Source: Octopus bimaculoides (lineage: Eukaryota). Taken from it: 64,000 bases of DNA. Positions 24,592-38,225 of this stretch are shown in pieces. The stretch is taken from contig NC_068986.1 in NCBI RefSeq assembly GCF_001194135.2, forward strand, positions 110,842,969 to 110,906,968, written 5' to 3'. Positions within the stretch are counted from its first letter, which is position 1. The number at the start of each line of letters is the position of its first letter. A program made the translations under genes and the position numbers. The notes beneath the pieces were generated by a model that had not been told where the DNA came from, ran no database searches, and worked only from the letters and a program-made list of their open reading frames with translations.

Positions 24592-25623
24592 CAAATATTT
24601 ACAGCGCACACGCACACATATATGACGGTATTTATACGTTTCGATGCATAATTGTGCATATGTGCGTGTGCCGCTATTGTTTTAATATATATACGCGAAT
24701 ATATGTGTAGAGAATTTCGTGCTGCAAAATTAGCTTGCAATTAAAATCCCCGTTTAATTAGGTAAAACCTGCAATAATTATATTATTTTCGATTTAAATT
24801 TCTCATATCGAGACTGAGATAGTATTATGCTTGTTGGTTCTAATAAAGACGGGAGTTATGCTAGAAGCACTTTTAATATTTACAATTTTAACTGTATTAT
24901 GGAAAATAAAATAAAAACATGGAAAACACGAAGCGTAAAGCACATTTACACCACTAGCAACTAATACAAGAACAACAACAACCACAAGTATAACCATTAT
25001 GAAAAGAATGATAACATGAGTATGAAGAAAAGAAGAAATTACCCAACCCCTCAACCATCAAAAAGAAGTAGCAAATAATAAACAAATAGCATGACAGGAA
25101 GAAAGAGGGAATTACTATAACAACAACAACAAAATTAATAATAATAATAATAGTAATGAACGTGGCCAAAAGCTAAAGCAAAATAGACGGACGATGTTTT
25201 ATCGTCTAAGTGTTTTGTAGCATGACAGATAATTAATACAGATGAATTACGTCTTGAAAAGACCAACCTGGAACTGTCAGATTCGGAGTTGTAAAAATAA
25301 TTGACTTCCTTGGCAGTCAAGAATAGCAAAACAAAATTAACCACATAATGTTAAATAGAAAACAAATTCTCCAGGAGGTTTTACTTCTCGAATGGCAAGT
25401 CAAAATTGTCTGCTTTTAACGTGAAAGAATTGCTTTCCGATGTTTTCCTTTCATTTCATTAATCTATTTCCTTCTCCCGCGCATATTCATTTTCTGCCAT
25501 TTTCTCTGTCTGTCTATCCCTTTCTATAACTGTCTCACTCTCACATTTTCATTCTATATTAGGTGTCCTTGTCAATTTAACAATTTCTCTTAGTTGCCAG
25601 ACATATTTCTCATATAAACTACC

Positions 25624-25667
<44 letters not shown>

Positions 25668-25912
25668 TATAAAAAGATAAAGAGAGCAATGGTAAGGTTG
25701 GAAATATATCCATAAAATACCTTTCCACCCTTACCATTGCTCTCTTTATCTTTTTATATATTTACATATACACACGCTAATACACGACTTATAATCCCCA
25801 ATCCTGTTCATAGAACGACTGGGGCAAAACTAGTCGGTATACAGCACTTACTCGGTATTACCTGTATCCTCTTGGGTTTGGTTAAATCCAATACCCTCCT
25901 CAACCTTGTATG

Positions 25913-25946
<34 letters not shown>

Positions 25947-26390
25947 AACACACAATTTTGGTAGGTGATAAAAAAGTCAGTTAAAAACCATGAAAACTAA
26001 AAGTCAGTCATAAGCCTACGGCCGTTTTGGGGTGTTTTAAAGGGCTGTAGGAACAGTCAGTGTTCAGCTCCAACAAATAATATTTCCTTGTTCGGGGTTC
26101 ACTGTTTGCTGGAAGTTTCAGTTAAATTCTACTTTCAATTTTGGATGATCCTGTATCAATTTCCCCAGTCATATTTTTAATTATTTAATCATTCTCTGTC
26201 CAACTACCAATAGGAATTCATCATGTAGAATTTAACTGAATCTTGCCACAAAATCTCCTAATTTTGTATCTATTTTCGAATTTTTTATCCATGTGAAAAA
26301 TACAGAGATTACGACACATTTCCTGTGTTTTCACTAGAAATATATATGAGAGATTGACAGGCATCTGCAGCCAGCTGGTCGTGCTACTTC

Positions 26391-26427
26391 AGGCTGATGA
26401 CGAGCAAAGACTCAGAAACATGTCCCT
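26391..26427 (+). ncRNA. Minimal type I hammerhead-ribozyme-like motif with GUC cleavage triplet
   Basis: AGG-CTGATGA-c-GAG-caaaga-CTC-a-GAAAC-AT-GTC-CCT. Stem I is AGG/CCT, stem II GAG/CTC, stem III the palindrome ACATGT. One extra nucleotide on each side of stem II. Confidence 0.55.
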
Positions 26428-27608
26428 AAATGCTGGTTAGGCTGGGTGGAGGTGCTTGTCTCCCCCTTGTAAACATAAAGACACAGGAAATGTGTCAAGC
26501 CTGACAGGAAGCGGTGCTGCTTCCTAGGGTTAAATACCAGCAGTATGATTCCATTATTGGGACTGTCACGTAAAGTTGACAGTATACAACTGCTTTATAT
26601 ATATATATACACTTTTATATATAAGTAAGCATAAAAATTATATTTCCGCTTTCTTTCTATTTTTTTATTTTTATTCATTATGTTTTCTTGCCCTGATTTT
26701 ACAAGGAGAAAGCATAGGCTGTGCTGAGGGAGGTGGAAAAAACAGGTAAAAGGCGCTGAAAATAATAGTATTTTACTTTTATAAATATGTAGACGACAAT
26801 ACTTCATTGTGTGAGTAGAATCTATCACGCAATCTACAGCAATGATGAGAGTCAATCATTGAACCCGCCCGTGTTGTTTAAAAAGATTGAAAGACGATTG
26901 AGTGTGGAATAATTATTTTTGCCTGGGATACTGAAATGGAAATACCTTGGCGGAACTGAGAGATAAAAGAGAGAAAGATTTATAATGAGAGGTGCATTAA
27001 ATAGGTAAAGAGATAGGTAGAAAATTGGGACAATTTGCATGGGAGATATATAACTAGCTACTCATTAATAACTGATGAAGGGAAGGCAGTGAAATATCTA
27101 CAAGTTGGACAAAAGTCAAAAAGAATTAACGAAGCATCGGGTCAGAGAGGAAAGAACTGAATATCAGCAAAAACAAAGAAAAAACAACTATGATCACTAA
27201 CAAAGCGAATCCAAATTTGTCATAACAAATGAGCTTTGGATTGATTAACTGGTGTAAATGAAAGATGTCGAGAGAAAGATGTCGACATAGAAGTAATATA
27301 TGCATCAGAAGGAAACGCGTATGTATTGGGGAACAGAACATTATGAGAAAAGGGAGACATGCAATGTATTAGGAATGAGAGTAAAAAAAGCACGTTTCAC
27401 AGAGACATTAAGGCTAATAGAGCAAATATTCTGAAGGAAAAAAGAAAGTAAATAAGAAAAAGAAAATGAAACTATAGCAATTGACATAAGATTTAGAGCA
27501 GAAACTAAAAACTAAATGGAAGGAATTAGAGATAACGCACACACACACACACGTGTGTATTGTTGGCGATTTTCTTTCTCCGTCTTCCCTTCTTTGGACT
27601 ATTTCTAT

Positions 27609-27643
27609 ATTTCTGATGAAGAGCTCCGCTCGAAACGTGAAAT
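27609..27643 (+). ncRNA. Minimal hammerhead-like motif (probably inactive, G at the cleavage position)
   Basis: ATTT-CTGATGA-a-GAGC-tcc-GCTC-GAAACGT-G-AAAT. Stem I is ATTT/AAAT, stem II GAGC/GCTC, stem III the palindrome ACGT. Confidence 0.5.
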
Positions 27644-28178
27644 CCTCTTCTTTCCTTTCCTGACCTTCCAATAACACCGTACTTATTCCACGTCCTCTCG
27701 TTGTTGTTTTATCTTGCTTGTTCATGTTTGGATTAATTTATATATATATATATATATAGATAGATAGATAGATAGATATACGCATAGATGCAAATATATA
27801 TATANNNNNNNNNNNNNNNNNNNNNNNNNNNNNNNNNNNNNNNNNNNNNNNNNNNNNNNNNNNNNNNNNNNNNNNNNNNNNNNNNNNNNNNNNNNNNNNN
27901 NNNNNNNNNNNNNNNNNNNNNNNNNNNNNNNNNNNNNNNNNNNNNNNNNNNNNNNNNNNNNNNNNNNNNNNNAACCAGGGGATAGTTAAATCCGAAGGCA
28001 CTCCTGCAGATTACTTGTGTGGGTACCGTCTTCGTTAGAAGGTATCCAGAGGCAGGTAATTTATTGTTTAAGCCGCAGTTTATAATTATAATTATGTGGA
28101 GAATGGAGAAACAAACACAAGAAGAAGCAAGCCCAATTGACTTGCTTCTCCTTGTGTTTGTTTCTCCATTCCCCACAT

Positions 28179-28212
<34 letters not shown>

Positions 28213-28978
28213 CAAGCAGTGAGAAAGAGATAGATAGGTAGATAAATAGATATACGTACACATACTCACACACATATATGCATATATGAATATAAATACA
28301 ACCTCATAGAGACACACACACACACACACACACACACACCTCTGGGTCTGTACGCATGCGCGCGTGTCTGTACGCGTGCGCGCGTGCGTGCACGATCGTA
28401 TTTCTCATGTTAGTCACACAATTGCATCCCGTCCGAAATGGCAGCTCATTGGTACGAACTCCTGTTAAACTGTTTCCACCATATTTATATGGTTCATACC
28501 AATTTTAAAAGCCACCAGCCAATAGATTCTCATGTATATTCAGCGCTTTTAATGAATAAGTTGCTGATGAATCTCCTCTAGCAAACGACGTTCCAGGAGA
28601 TATAGTCAGTTGCCATGACAATAATGATATAAATTAGATATAAATCCCAACTCATTTAACGGTGATAAAGTCTCTATGAGACGTATTATTTAATCGTTAG
28701 ATCTGATGACGTAGATTTTTCTTCAATGTAGAACAGAGCGCATCTTCCACACTATCAATGTATCACTAAATATCTCCAATTACGTCCCAATCTTTCCCAT
28801 CTTTCCCTACACCACTCTTATGCATTCTCATTCTCTCCCTCTTAATCAAACGTCTTTAAATAACTTCTCTATAAAATGTTCATTCTATTTACGCAAACAA
28901 CCGTCTCCGACATAGATACTACGTATATCTCTCCCAATTTGAACTGCGTATTTGTGTAGGCAAACGCATGTTTTATGT

Positions 28979-29035
<57 letters not shown>

Positions 29036-30177
29036 NNNNNNNNNNNNNNNNNNNNNNNNNNNNNNNNNNNNNNNNNNNNNNNNNNNNNNNNNNNNNNNNN
29101 NNNNNNNNNNNNNNNNNNNNNNNNNNNNNNNNNNNNNNNNNNNNNNNNNNNNNNNNNNNNNNNNNNNNNNNNNNNNNNNNNNNNNNNNNNNNNNNNNNNN
29201 NNNNNNNNNNNNNNNNNNNNNNNNNNNNNNNNNNNNNNNNNNNNNNNNNNNNNNNNNNNNNNNNNNNNNNNNNNNNNNNNNTATATATATATATATATAA
29301 ACGTATTTATGTATGCAAAGAGAGCGAGAAACACGGGGATAGAGAGAAATAGATATATATCAATATATGTGTACGTGTGCGCGTTTGTTCTTTTGTGTGT
29401 ATGTGTGCATACGTACGTTTATTTATCCACCTGTCCATATCAGGAACTACCGAACCCATTCTACCTGCATTTACTACCTGACAGCAAATTACTTATGAAA
29501 GTAGATTATACAAGCTCTTACATGTAACATACAAATTGCACTACAGTATTATAGTTGTATGGTGGCTTCGTATAAAATTTCTGTCTTTATGCGTAAAATT
29601 CGAGATATTAATAAAGCCAATTTAATGGGCATTCACTGGAATTCTAAAGGGAGAGTAGAATTATTATTTTATCTCCCACTAACCTGGTTTTCTCTTAGTA
29701 ATCTCATAATGACTAATTTATTACATGTGTGCGATGGGCCTTAGTTTGTAACGTCTCTGAACTCTGTAATGATTTGACTATATGCCAGAGTCATTATATA
29801 AATGTTCCTGTTTCATTATAAACTTCCCGATGCAATCATAAAAAGGAGCGCGTAGAGAAACACATACATAGAAATAGACTTCCTTTTATGTATGAGGTAC
29901 GTTTATTCGTAACTATATATATATATATATTTACATACACACACATACGTACACGCACACATATATAGACATATATATATTTACATATATATACACATAT
30001 ATATCGGGAAGTATATTTGCCACCTAAATGTGGCTAACGCTTAAGGGTTGATGCTACTGTAGCTTGTAGCCGCAGGAAGACATCTCACCCTTGACACACT
30101 CTCTGTGTCCTATCAGTATTTTCAAAGGGAAGCCACCTTTCCCATCTGCAGCCTGACGTGATACACACGTGTATACT

Positions 30178-30470
30178 GAGGGTGATGAATTGAATATTAA
30201 TTTAATTAACATCAATTTAAAACCGGTGGCCTAGCATATAAAAAATCTGAAAATTCAGAAAAATTGTATTACATGCGTATAAGAAGGGATGACCACTATG
30301 TGGACATCCGATATGCTAGAAAGAGTTCATCAACGACCCAACCAAAAAGAAAAATAATATTCTCCAGTAAAAATTCAGCAAAACACCAGAATATAAACGG
30401 CAGGACAAATGAAAAATATACAAAATAAAGAATTAATCGTATATCGGTTTCTCCATTAACCTTTTTACTT
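30178..30470. repeat. Copy of the repeat family that forms the 7925-8368 foldback
   Basis: Shares TGAATATTAAT..ATCAATTTAAAAC..G.CCTAGCA, GACCACTA..TGGACATC and TACAAAAT..AAAGAATTAATC, and includes the segment deleted from the left arm of the foldback. Confidence 0.75.
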
Positions 30471-32254
30471 ACGTACAAACTTCCGTGGTTCATCAGTACA
30501 ATCGTTCTAAATTCAATATAATTAGGAGAACTATACACGAATTGTCTTCATAAAATTTGACGTGCGTACAGTTCTACCGATTACATTAAGGTTATTTTCA
30601 AATGTCTGAGCTCTGGCGCGCAAAATTCCGGAAACAGTTCTGCAGAGGATAATTCACTGCGACAGTCTTTCAGAATAATAAGGATAATAATGGTTTCAAA
30701 TGTTGGCATTACATGAAATATGCGAGAAATTCTAAGCCAATTTATTCGTTTCTACTCCTTGCACGTATGTGCCTGAGTTTTTTTTTTTTGTGGGGGTACT
30801 TATTTTACACACACATACGCATACGCACATACACACTCTTATGTATGTATGTATGTATGTATGTATGTATATTAATAGTTCGTGATTATGCAGCATCTTG
30901 AAATTTCAATACTCATCGTACTATCTTTTGGTAGTTACTGGTTCCGAATAGAAACCTTGCCAGGGAATTTTGATCGTCCTAAAATATCAGTTTTTCATTG
31001 GCTGTTTTTGTTCCCGCTATACTTGTTCCCGCTTGAGTATTTTATTCGTAGCTGAAAATAGTCTCAGAACAGCAGTGTAACGCATTCCTCTCAACGCGGA
31101 ATTTTATCTGATCTGTTATGCCTCAATCGTTGCTTACAGCTTGAGTATCAAAGAAATCTGTAGCTGTCCAACTTAGCTGTCAACTGTTTAGAAAAAGAAC
31201 TGGCTCCGTTATATATCCGAAAGTTCAAAGTTTTTAGTTCTATACCTGAATTGATCTGTATTCTTTAGTCATGTTCGGGATATTATCAGCAAAGCATTCT
31301 AAAATTCTCGGTTACACTTAGGTGACATTAAGCGCTGTAGACATAGAATATCATTACATTCTCAACACTAATGCATGTTATTGTAGAACTGTTCTCGCTC
31401 TTTTCCTTTAAAGAATTACATTTCGAAATACAATTGGTTTTGAAAAGCCAAATGTAATTCGGAAGTGGAGTAGCGTTCTTCTTAAACTTGAATCTAAGCG
31501 AATAGGTCTGCTGTGAGTGCATTTCTCTCAAAACCGCTATCAGCGATACATGTTCAACCTATACACTTCTACTTACTTTTGTCGGAATTCTATGCTATTT
31601 CTTTTGTGACTCAAGTACGGTTAAGTAGAAATCTATTCGTCTTTCTATAATTGCGTTCATATGTGATCCATGTCCACTGTGTATTCATCAGCGTAGCTGA
31701 TGGAAATTTGTGATCCTAAGATTTCATACCGATGTGGCTTCATATATGTATAAGAGAGTGTGTGTGTGCGTGTGCGTACATAAATATACATCTGACGATG
31801 TAAACGTATGTGCGTGTGTTTGCGTGCATCTGCGTTTGAGGGCATAAATATTATGCACTCATACATATGAATATGTGTATGTGTGTGTGTATACGATTCA
31901 AGTTAAGTAACATGATAAGACCTCAAAGTGATCGTGACACAAAAATTCATAAGATAGAGTAACACGTGAGAAATAGAAAAAATAGAAATGTAATCAATTA
32001 TACATTTAAAATCACAAAGATAAGTCGATACACACGCACACGTCGTCATTCGCAAACATATAGAGAAAATAATACACACACTTTGATATTTGCAAATAAA
32101 TAGATATCCAGATGTGTGTATGTATGTATGAATGTATGCATGCATGTAAGAACTTACACAATTCCCTGTTTCTGAATATGTGTGTCAGTGTTATATGAGT
32201 GTGAGAAAAGTTTACATCTGGGCCAATGCACATAGAAGTTAATAAATGTGTAGA

Positions 32255-32288
<34 letters not shown>

Positions 32289-32439
32289 NNNNNNNNNNNN
32301 NNNNNNNNNNNNNNNNNNNNNNNNNNNNNNNNNNNNNNNNNNNNNNNNNNNNNNNNNNNNNNNNNNNNNNNNNNNNNNNNNNNNNNNNTACATATACATA
32401 TATATACATATATATATATATATATACATATATATATGC

Positions 32440-32645
32440 GACGGGTTTGTGTGCCTGTTTTTTCTCCCCCACCCCACCATCTCTTGACCGATGTTGGTGT
32501 GTTTACGTCGATGTAACTTAACGGTTCGGCAAAAGAGACTGATAGGCTTACAAAGAATAAGTCATAGGGTCGATTTGTTCGACTAAAGCCGATGCTCTAT
32601 CATGGCCGCAGCCAAATGACTGAAACAAATACAAGAATAAAAGAA
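32440..32645 (+). mobile_element. 3' half of a family B SINE
   Basis: CCGATGTTGGTGTGTTTACGTC..AACTTAACGGTTCGGCAAAAGAGAC..AAATGACTGAAACAA..AAGAATAAAAGAAT matches the reverse complement of 38857-39038. Confidence 0.75.
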
Positions 32646-34814
32646 TATATACATGTGTGGGTTTGTGGGTGGGTGTGTAGATGTCACTCCTATTGTGGCT
32701 AAGAAACAACTCTTAGCCACAATAAAGCAATTACCTTAAGACTGACGAAGGAGGCAAGTTCTTTGCCATGTTTGGGTCATAGACAGATCACTCATGCTTT
32801 CGCGTTTTTATTAATGCTCGTCAGTGGTTCTTATCCAGCCTAGCAATGCTGGTGCTAACTAGTACACTTAGTCACTTTAGTGACGCCTATATTCCTGTCT
32901 TTCGGTCGTAAATTGCGAATAAGCCATTTATATATATATATATATTATATATATATTTATATATATGCATGTGTATGTGTGTGTGTGTATATATACATCT
33001 TGTCCTCGGCCACGTAATTTCAGTTTTCTCCTGAGAGTGTCTTCTTTTTGTCGACGCCCCTGATGCCTACTAAAGCCAATCTTCGCGTATTACAACCAGG
33101 AACAAACTAACATGAGATTGTCAGTAGATGGCGGTAATATTTTTGTTGCTGAATTCGTTTATTTACGTTTCTCATCAATTTTCCTGTTTCCTTATCACTT
33201 CCAAATGATTTATTCACTAGTGTTTGGAAGACACCAATTAGAGACTTTCTAGGTTGATTCCGTCGCCTTTAACCCTATTCTATTCATATATTCGTCCGTC
33301 TCTACTCCTTCGTTTAGGAGTAGAGACCTTGCGCCATTTGTTCTGTGATTATTTCAATGTAAAGTGTTTCAAGTGGAAATCTATTCCATTTAGTCACATT
33401 TCCTAAATATCCAATCCGGTCTTTCAACAAGTTTCCTTCAATGTTTCGAATGTCGACTTTTCGGGGACAAAACTGCAGGATATCAGATCTTTGGTATTGA
33501 AGAAGAAGCAGAAAATTTGTTGACAGAAATTACATAGATTGTTGACATCCCGATCAGAGTGTCCAGCTTTCACAAACGTCTATATATGTCGAGATCATCG
33601 TCGTTATTTGCTGACTTTAGATATTTATTTTTAAGGGCTCGTTTTACCTGACGGGTTCACAACTATCTGTAGTACGTATTTACAGAAGCGTTTGGTTTGG
33701 AAAGAATATTTCCTGATATCATATAGGACTGATAAGTACAACTTATGTATTAGGAATGGGGATATTGAAATCCGGGAAGTTAGTCATTGCAGCCAGTTGA
33801 GCGAGGACTTTAGATTTCTCCATATACATTTGGAGGCCAAAGCGATTTTCTGCTCTGAAAAATATACATATTGAGTTCGGTTGTGTCAATTAGTGAGCCC
33901 TCAGAGCAATACATGATATCAGCCCCTAGATTGCCAGAAGAGAGTAGAAGCAAAAACATTTTAGTGCAGACGAATATAAGTAGACGGCTGTAAGTGGAAG
34001 AACATAATCGGCAAATATTCATTTTTCTGGCTAAAAATCACATCTGAATGCACAATCTGACATTCCAACGTGTAGTCTTGAATCATTTAGGTGAGACAGT
34101 TTGAGTAAGAGAATCACTAAAGATCCAACCGCATGGCATGTCTTCTTACACCATTAAAATATCTTCCACGTTGCAGAAAATAAAACTGATCGCTGTTCGT
34201 CTTTGCTTCTCTCTTGCATTGATGTAGTTTGCAATCTTTACCTATCAACAGTGTTAAAGAGGCACGAGAAGAGCATTGAGATTCGGGAGGAAGTTTTTCT
34301 ACATTGTTCTTGGGAAGGTTTAAGAACATTCATCCAAAGAATAATCCAGTGATGGAAAGCCATGTGATTTCGTGATAATTCATGATTGTCAGATTCGTTA
34401 CTTAAACATAGTAACAAAAGTTGCTTTTTAACTACCTTTCAGTCTCTTTGACATTTACAATAATCGAGATTTGTATGAAAAGTTTAGATTAGGGAAGTAA
34501 TTAGCCACGTTTCAATCAGTGAAGAGGGTTTCTTGTCTCCTTTCGAAGACGATTCGTGACTTCATAAAGTATATGACATTTTAAAACTCATGAAATAACT
34601 TACGTTCAGCCATAATTGTTCAGAAAGACGTGAGACATTTCTTAATAATCTCTTGTTGTTGCATAGATCGATTCAGCATTATGGAGGCAGGTGACTAAGT
34701 GGTTGGGTAAGTGTGTGTGTGTGCGCATAGGTGGATGTAAAATGCAAGTTTCATAGAAAATTATGGAAATGGTCATAAAGCAATATATAAAGAAGCTTTG
34801 AAATTTTTAAATAT

Positions 34815-34982
34815 TGGTTTCAAATACTTTAAAACAATTGGTAGAAGCTAAGTTGATTTCACTGACACTGTGCTCAACTGGAACTTATTTTACCGGCCCC
34901 GAAGGTTGAAAGGCAATGTCAACCCTGGGACAAAATGCCGTTAAACATTTTGCTCGGCGTGCTGACGATTCTGCCAGCTCGC
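34815..34982 (-). mobile_element. SINE family A copy with internal deletion
   Basis: GGCGTGCTGACGATTCTGCCAGCTCGC is the reverse complement of the family A head. Confidence 0.75.
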
Positions 34983-35284
34983 AGCTTTGCAAACTTTTGA
35001 ATATTAATATGAAAATTTATGAAGAATTATGATATATATTGTACGCCACATCGTCGAGCAAACATATGCAGAGATTCATATTGAAAATATCTGGGGCAAA
35101 CATTTCATGGCTACTATAACTGCTTGGAATAATATCGCAAGCAGTCGAGAAGGACACACTGAAATGGCAGAGAAACTTAAATGCGATGGGCTGATGAAAA
35201 TAACATTTAATTCAGCGCTGAGAATTTTCCAGCACTCTTCTATCCGTCCACAAATAATTTTCAGTCAGAATATGCAGGATGAGG

Positions 35285-35920
35285 GAGAAGTGCTATTCCA
35301 AACTGAGAATCGGTCCGTGTCCTGGAAACTGACTTGAGCAATGACGCATCATTCATTGCACTTAATATTAAGATAGTAACAATGTATAGGCAAAAGACTG
35401 GCTGGATTCTGTGATCATTGAGAACCATGCAAGAGGATATCACTCTGTTCCTGTGGAAAACATTTGTGCTGAGGCGCCTGAATTACAGCTCCCAACTGAG
35501 CTGAAGACAAAGCGTTAAACCTAATGCGACATTAATAAACCAAAAAATTTGACTTGGTGCATCAGATGAACTACTGGGAGATGTTAAAAGAAGTGAGACG
35601 CCCACCCCTAGAGAAGAACGAAAGATATGTAGTAGTAGTAGCAGTAGTAGTATGGAAGGTACTGGAAGGTTTAGCTTATAACCACCGAACTGGACATCAC
35701 AGTGTTTTAGCAAAGATCTTCTTTCTCTTACGATTAAGGACATAGAACAGGATGAGCTTGATTTTTAAAGACCCATAAGTTTTTTAAGATTCAGCCATAT
35801 TGACTCAGAGATCTACAGGATGTAAATGGGGATGTTTCCGAAAGACAATGGGTAGATAGATTCGGAAAGCGGTCAACCTAAACGCACAGGAAACAATGCT
35901 GTCACTATGCAGGAAATTTG
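35285..35920 (+). mobile_element. CR1-like LINE remnant, ORF2 C-terminal region
   Basis: Broken frames: AIPN*ESVRVL..SNDASF, GWIL*SLRT..LFLWKTFVLRRLNYSSQL, YWEMLKEVR..LEKNERY..WKVLEGL and LRDLQDVNGDV, colinear with the post-RT region typical of CR1/L2-group elements. Confidence 0.75.
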
Positions 35921-36140
35921 TCCGCAGTGGTCTGGACGACTGATCTCAACTGTGGTCAGCCGACAATGACAAATTCATAGGTCAGGAAAATCGCATCAGT
36001 GGAAAAGCTGAGCTACTGTGAGACAGAGAAAGACGTAGGAGTCTACTCCCTAGAGTGAAGATGCGAGAGATATGCAGTGATCCTGAAGGGGTGGCACGAG
36101 AGTCTGGCACACATGTATGTACATATATTTATATATATGC

Positions 36141-36253
<113 letters not shown>

Positions 36254-36567
36254 ATAAACATATACCTACACACTCACTCACGCACGCACACTCACTCATA
36301 TATATATACGAGTATAATAAGTGATAAGTGTCACACTTCCTGGTGCATCTAGTCGTCTGCTCTGTGCATATATTTGGTGAAAACAGAAGAATCAATATTA
36401 AAGACGAAACACGCATAAAACCAAATATAACAAATACTTGTTCATTTTAAATTAACAGAACCATTTCGGTATATATATTTCTGAAACTACACGATTTTCA
36501 TTCGTTATAGAAAGAGGGATTTTCTTTGGAATACGTTAACAGTACACGACTACTAGTTGTGAAATAC

Positions 36568-36945
36568 TGGTTTCAAATTTAAGAAGAATGTCAGCAAATT
36601 CTGTGGAAGGGGTAAATTAATTACATCGACCCTAGTGCTCAGCTGGTATTTATTTTGTTGACCTCGAAAGTTTGAAAGGCAAAGTCGACCTCAGTGGAAT
36701 TTACTCTCAGAACATAAAGACCCACGAAATGCCGATTAGCATTTTGCTTGGCTTACTTCGGTTTGTGTCAGCCCACTGCCTTTATGTGGAGTTCAATATT
36801 GGTTCCAAATTTTGGCGCATGGTCTGCACTTTCAGGGAGGGGCTAAGATACATCGATTACATCGACTCTTGTGCTAGACGGGTATTCATTTTATCGACCC
36901 CGAAAGAGTGAAAATTTCGGCATTAGAACTCAGAATGTAAACATA
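36568..36945 (-). mobile_element. Two tandem degenerate SINE family A copies (about 36568-36752 and 36800-36945)
   Basis: Each carries GGTT(T/C)CAAATTT...TTACATCGAC(C/T)C..GTGCT...GA(A)AG, the reverse complement of the family A 3' half. Confidence 0.7.
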
Positions 36946-38225
36946 GGCAAGAGCATGGGTAAAAACAAAAGCTAATGATCAGAAGCTAAAAGTAATACGA
37001 AAGGAGCAGACTTGAATACAGAACAAAATGACTATTTCATGAATTAGAATCAAATCTAAGTAGACTGATCATGGTCGGCAGACGTTCATACATGATATTT
37101 TTCCGTTATTTTGTGTATATATAAGACTACATGAAAACAGATGTTTATGTTGGTAGGATGCATGGTTTTCACCATACAAAATGAGAATTAGATGTTGTTT
37201 CTAGTAGAGCAGTCGGCCGTTCATTCGTTAGTATAACTGGTTATGAAACAAACTCTCTCATAGTATACTTCTAACATACACGCTTCTCCTACCGACTTTA
37301 GAAATTTCTCAGTTACATAGTGTATTCTGCGATAACGATACATTACTTAATCGGGATGCACAAACAACTGATAGTTGAGGAAGAATATGGAAATAGTAGG
37401 AGCAAAACTTATGGACATGCAGTATTCGGAAAGTATTTGCGTCATGAATGACGCATAGTTGCCCGGTAGTTTAGTTCCCATTTAGCTTTTAGTCAATAGT
37501 GTTTTGCCATTAAACAAAAATGAAGAAATAATAATAGTGACAACAACAAAATAATTATAAGAGTAATAATAAACAAATAAATACATTAAAAACGTTCATA
37601 TGAAAGAGAATATTTACGAGGGGTAAAAATTGCATCACAATAGCGATGCAATGGCGTTGGGAAAGATAGGGGAGTTAAAATAAACTAGAAACAGTTTGAA
37701 CGCTAACTCACTAGGGAAGAGATAATTGAGTGATTAAAGCTGTTAGCAGCTGCTTCCTTAGGGGATTAAGATAATTCGAGGTTATTATATGTGAATATAA
37801 AACTATATTTGAAGACAATGAAGAAGAACGTTTGCTCATATAGTTTTGGTGAGAAAAGTAGCAGATAAGAGCAAAATAATCAGAGGTAAAGTGAAATGTA
37901 ATTAAAAGAACTAGCGGAAACCGATTCTGCAATGGCGTCCGAGTAGAGATGTCATTATTTATAAGAGTTAATACAGTTTGGATAGCACTTTCAACGCCAT
38001 TGAATCTTTGACGCAATAGCGAATATATCGATGCATTTCTGCTACGCCTTCACGCTATCAAATACGCACATATTCGCGTATATATGTAAACATTTACCGT
38101 ATAAGTGTGCATGTATGTGTGTGAGTATATACATGTGGGTGGCGGGGTGCAGTATATGTATATATGTCCGTGTGTACGCGCCTGTGTTTATGTCTGTGTG
38201 TTCCTATTAGATATTAAAAATAAAA

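Noticed and set aside
27072-27104. CTGATGA..GAAATATCTA hammerhead-like motif
   Set aside because: Stem II and stem III do not pair; at most a decayed relic.
32742-32830. Two CTGACGA boxes on opposite strands
   Set aside because: The first has a stem II but no GAAA; the second has only a 2-bp stem II and no valid NUH/stem I.
37649-38002. 11-bp inverted repeat CAATGGCGTTG/CAACGCCATTG as MITE ends
   Set aside because: Too short, no TSD found.
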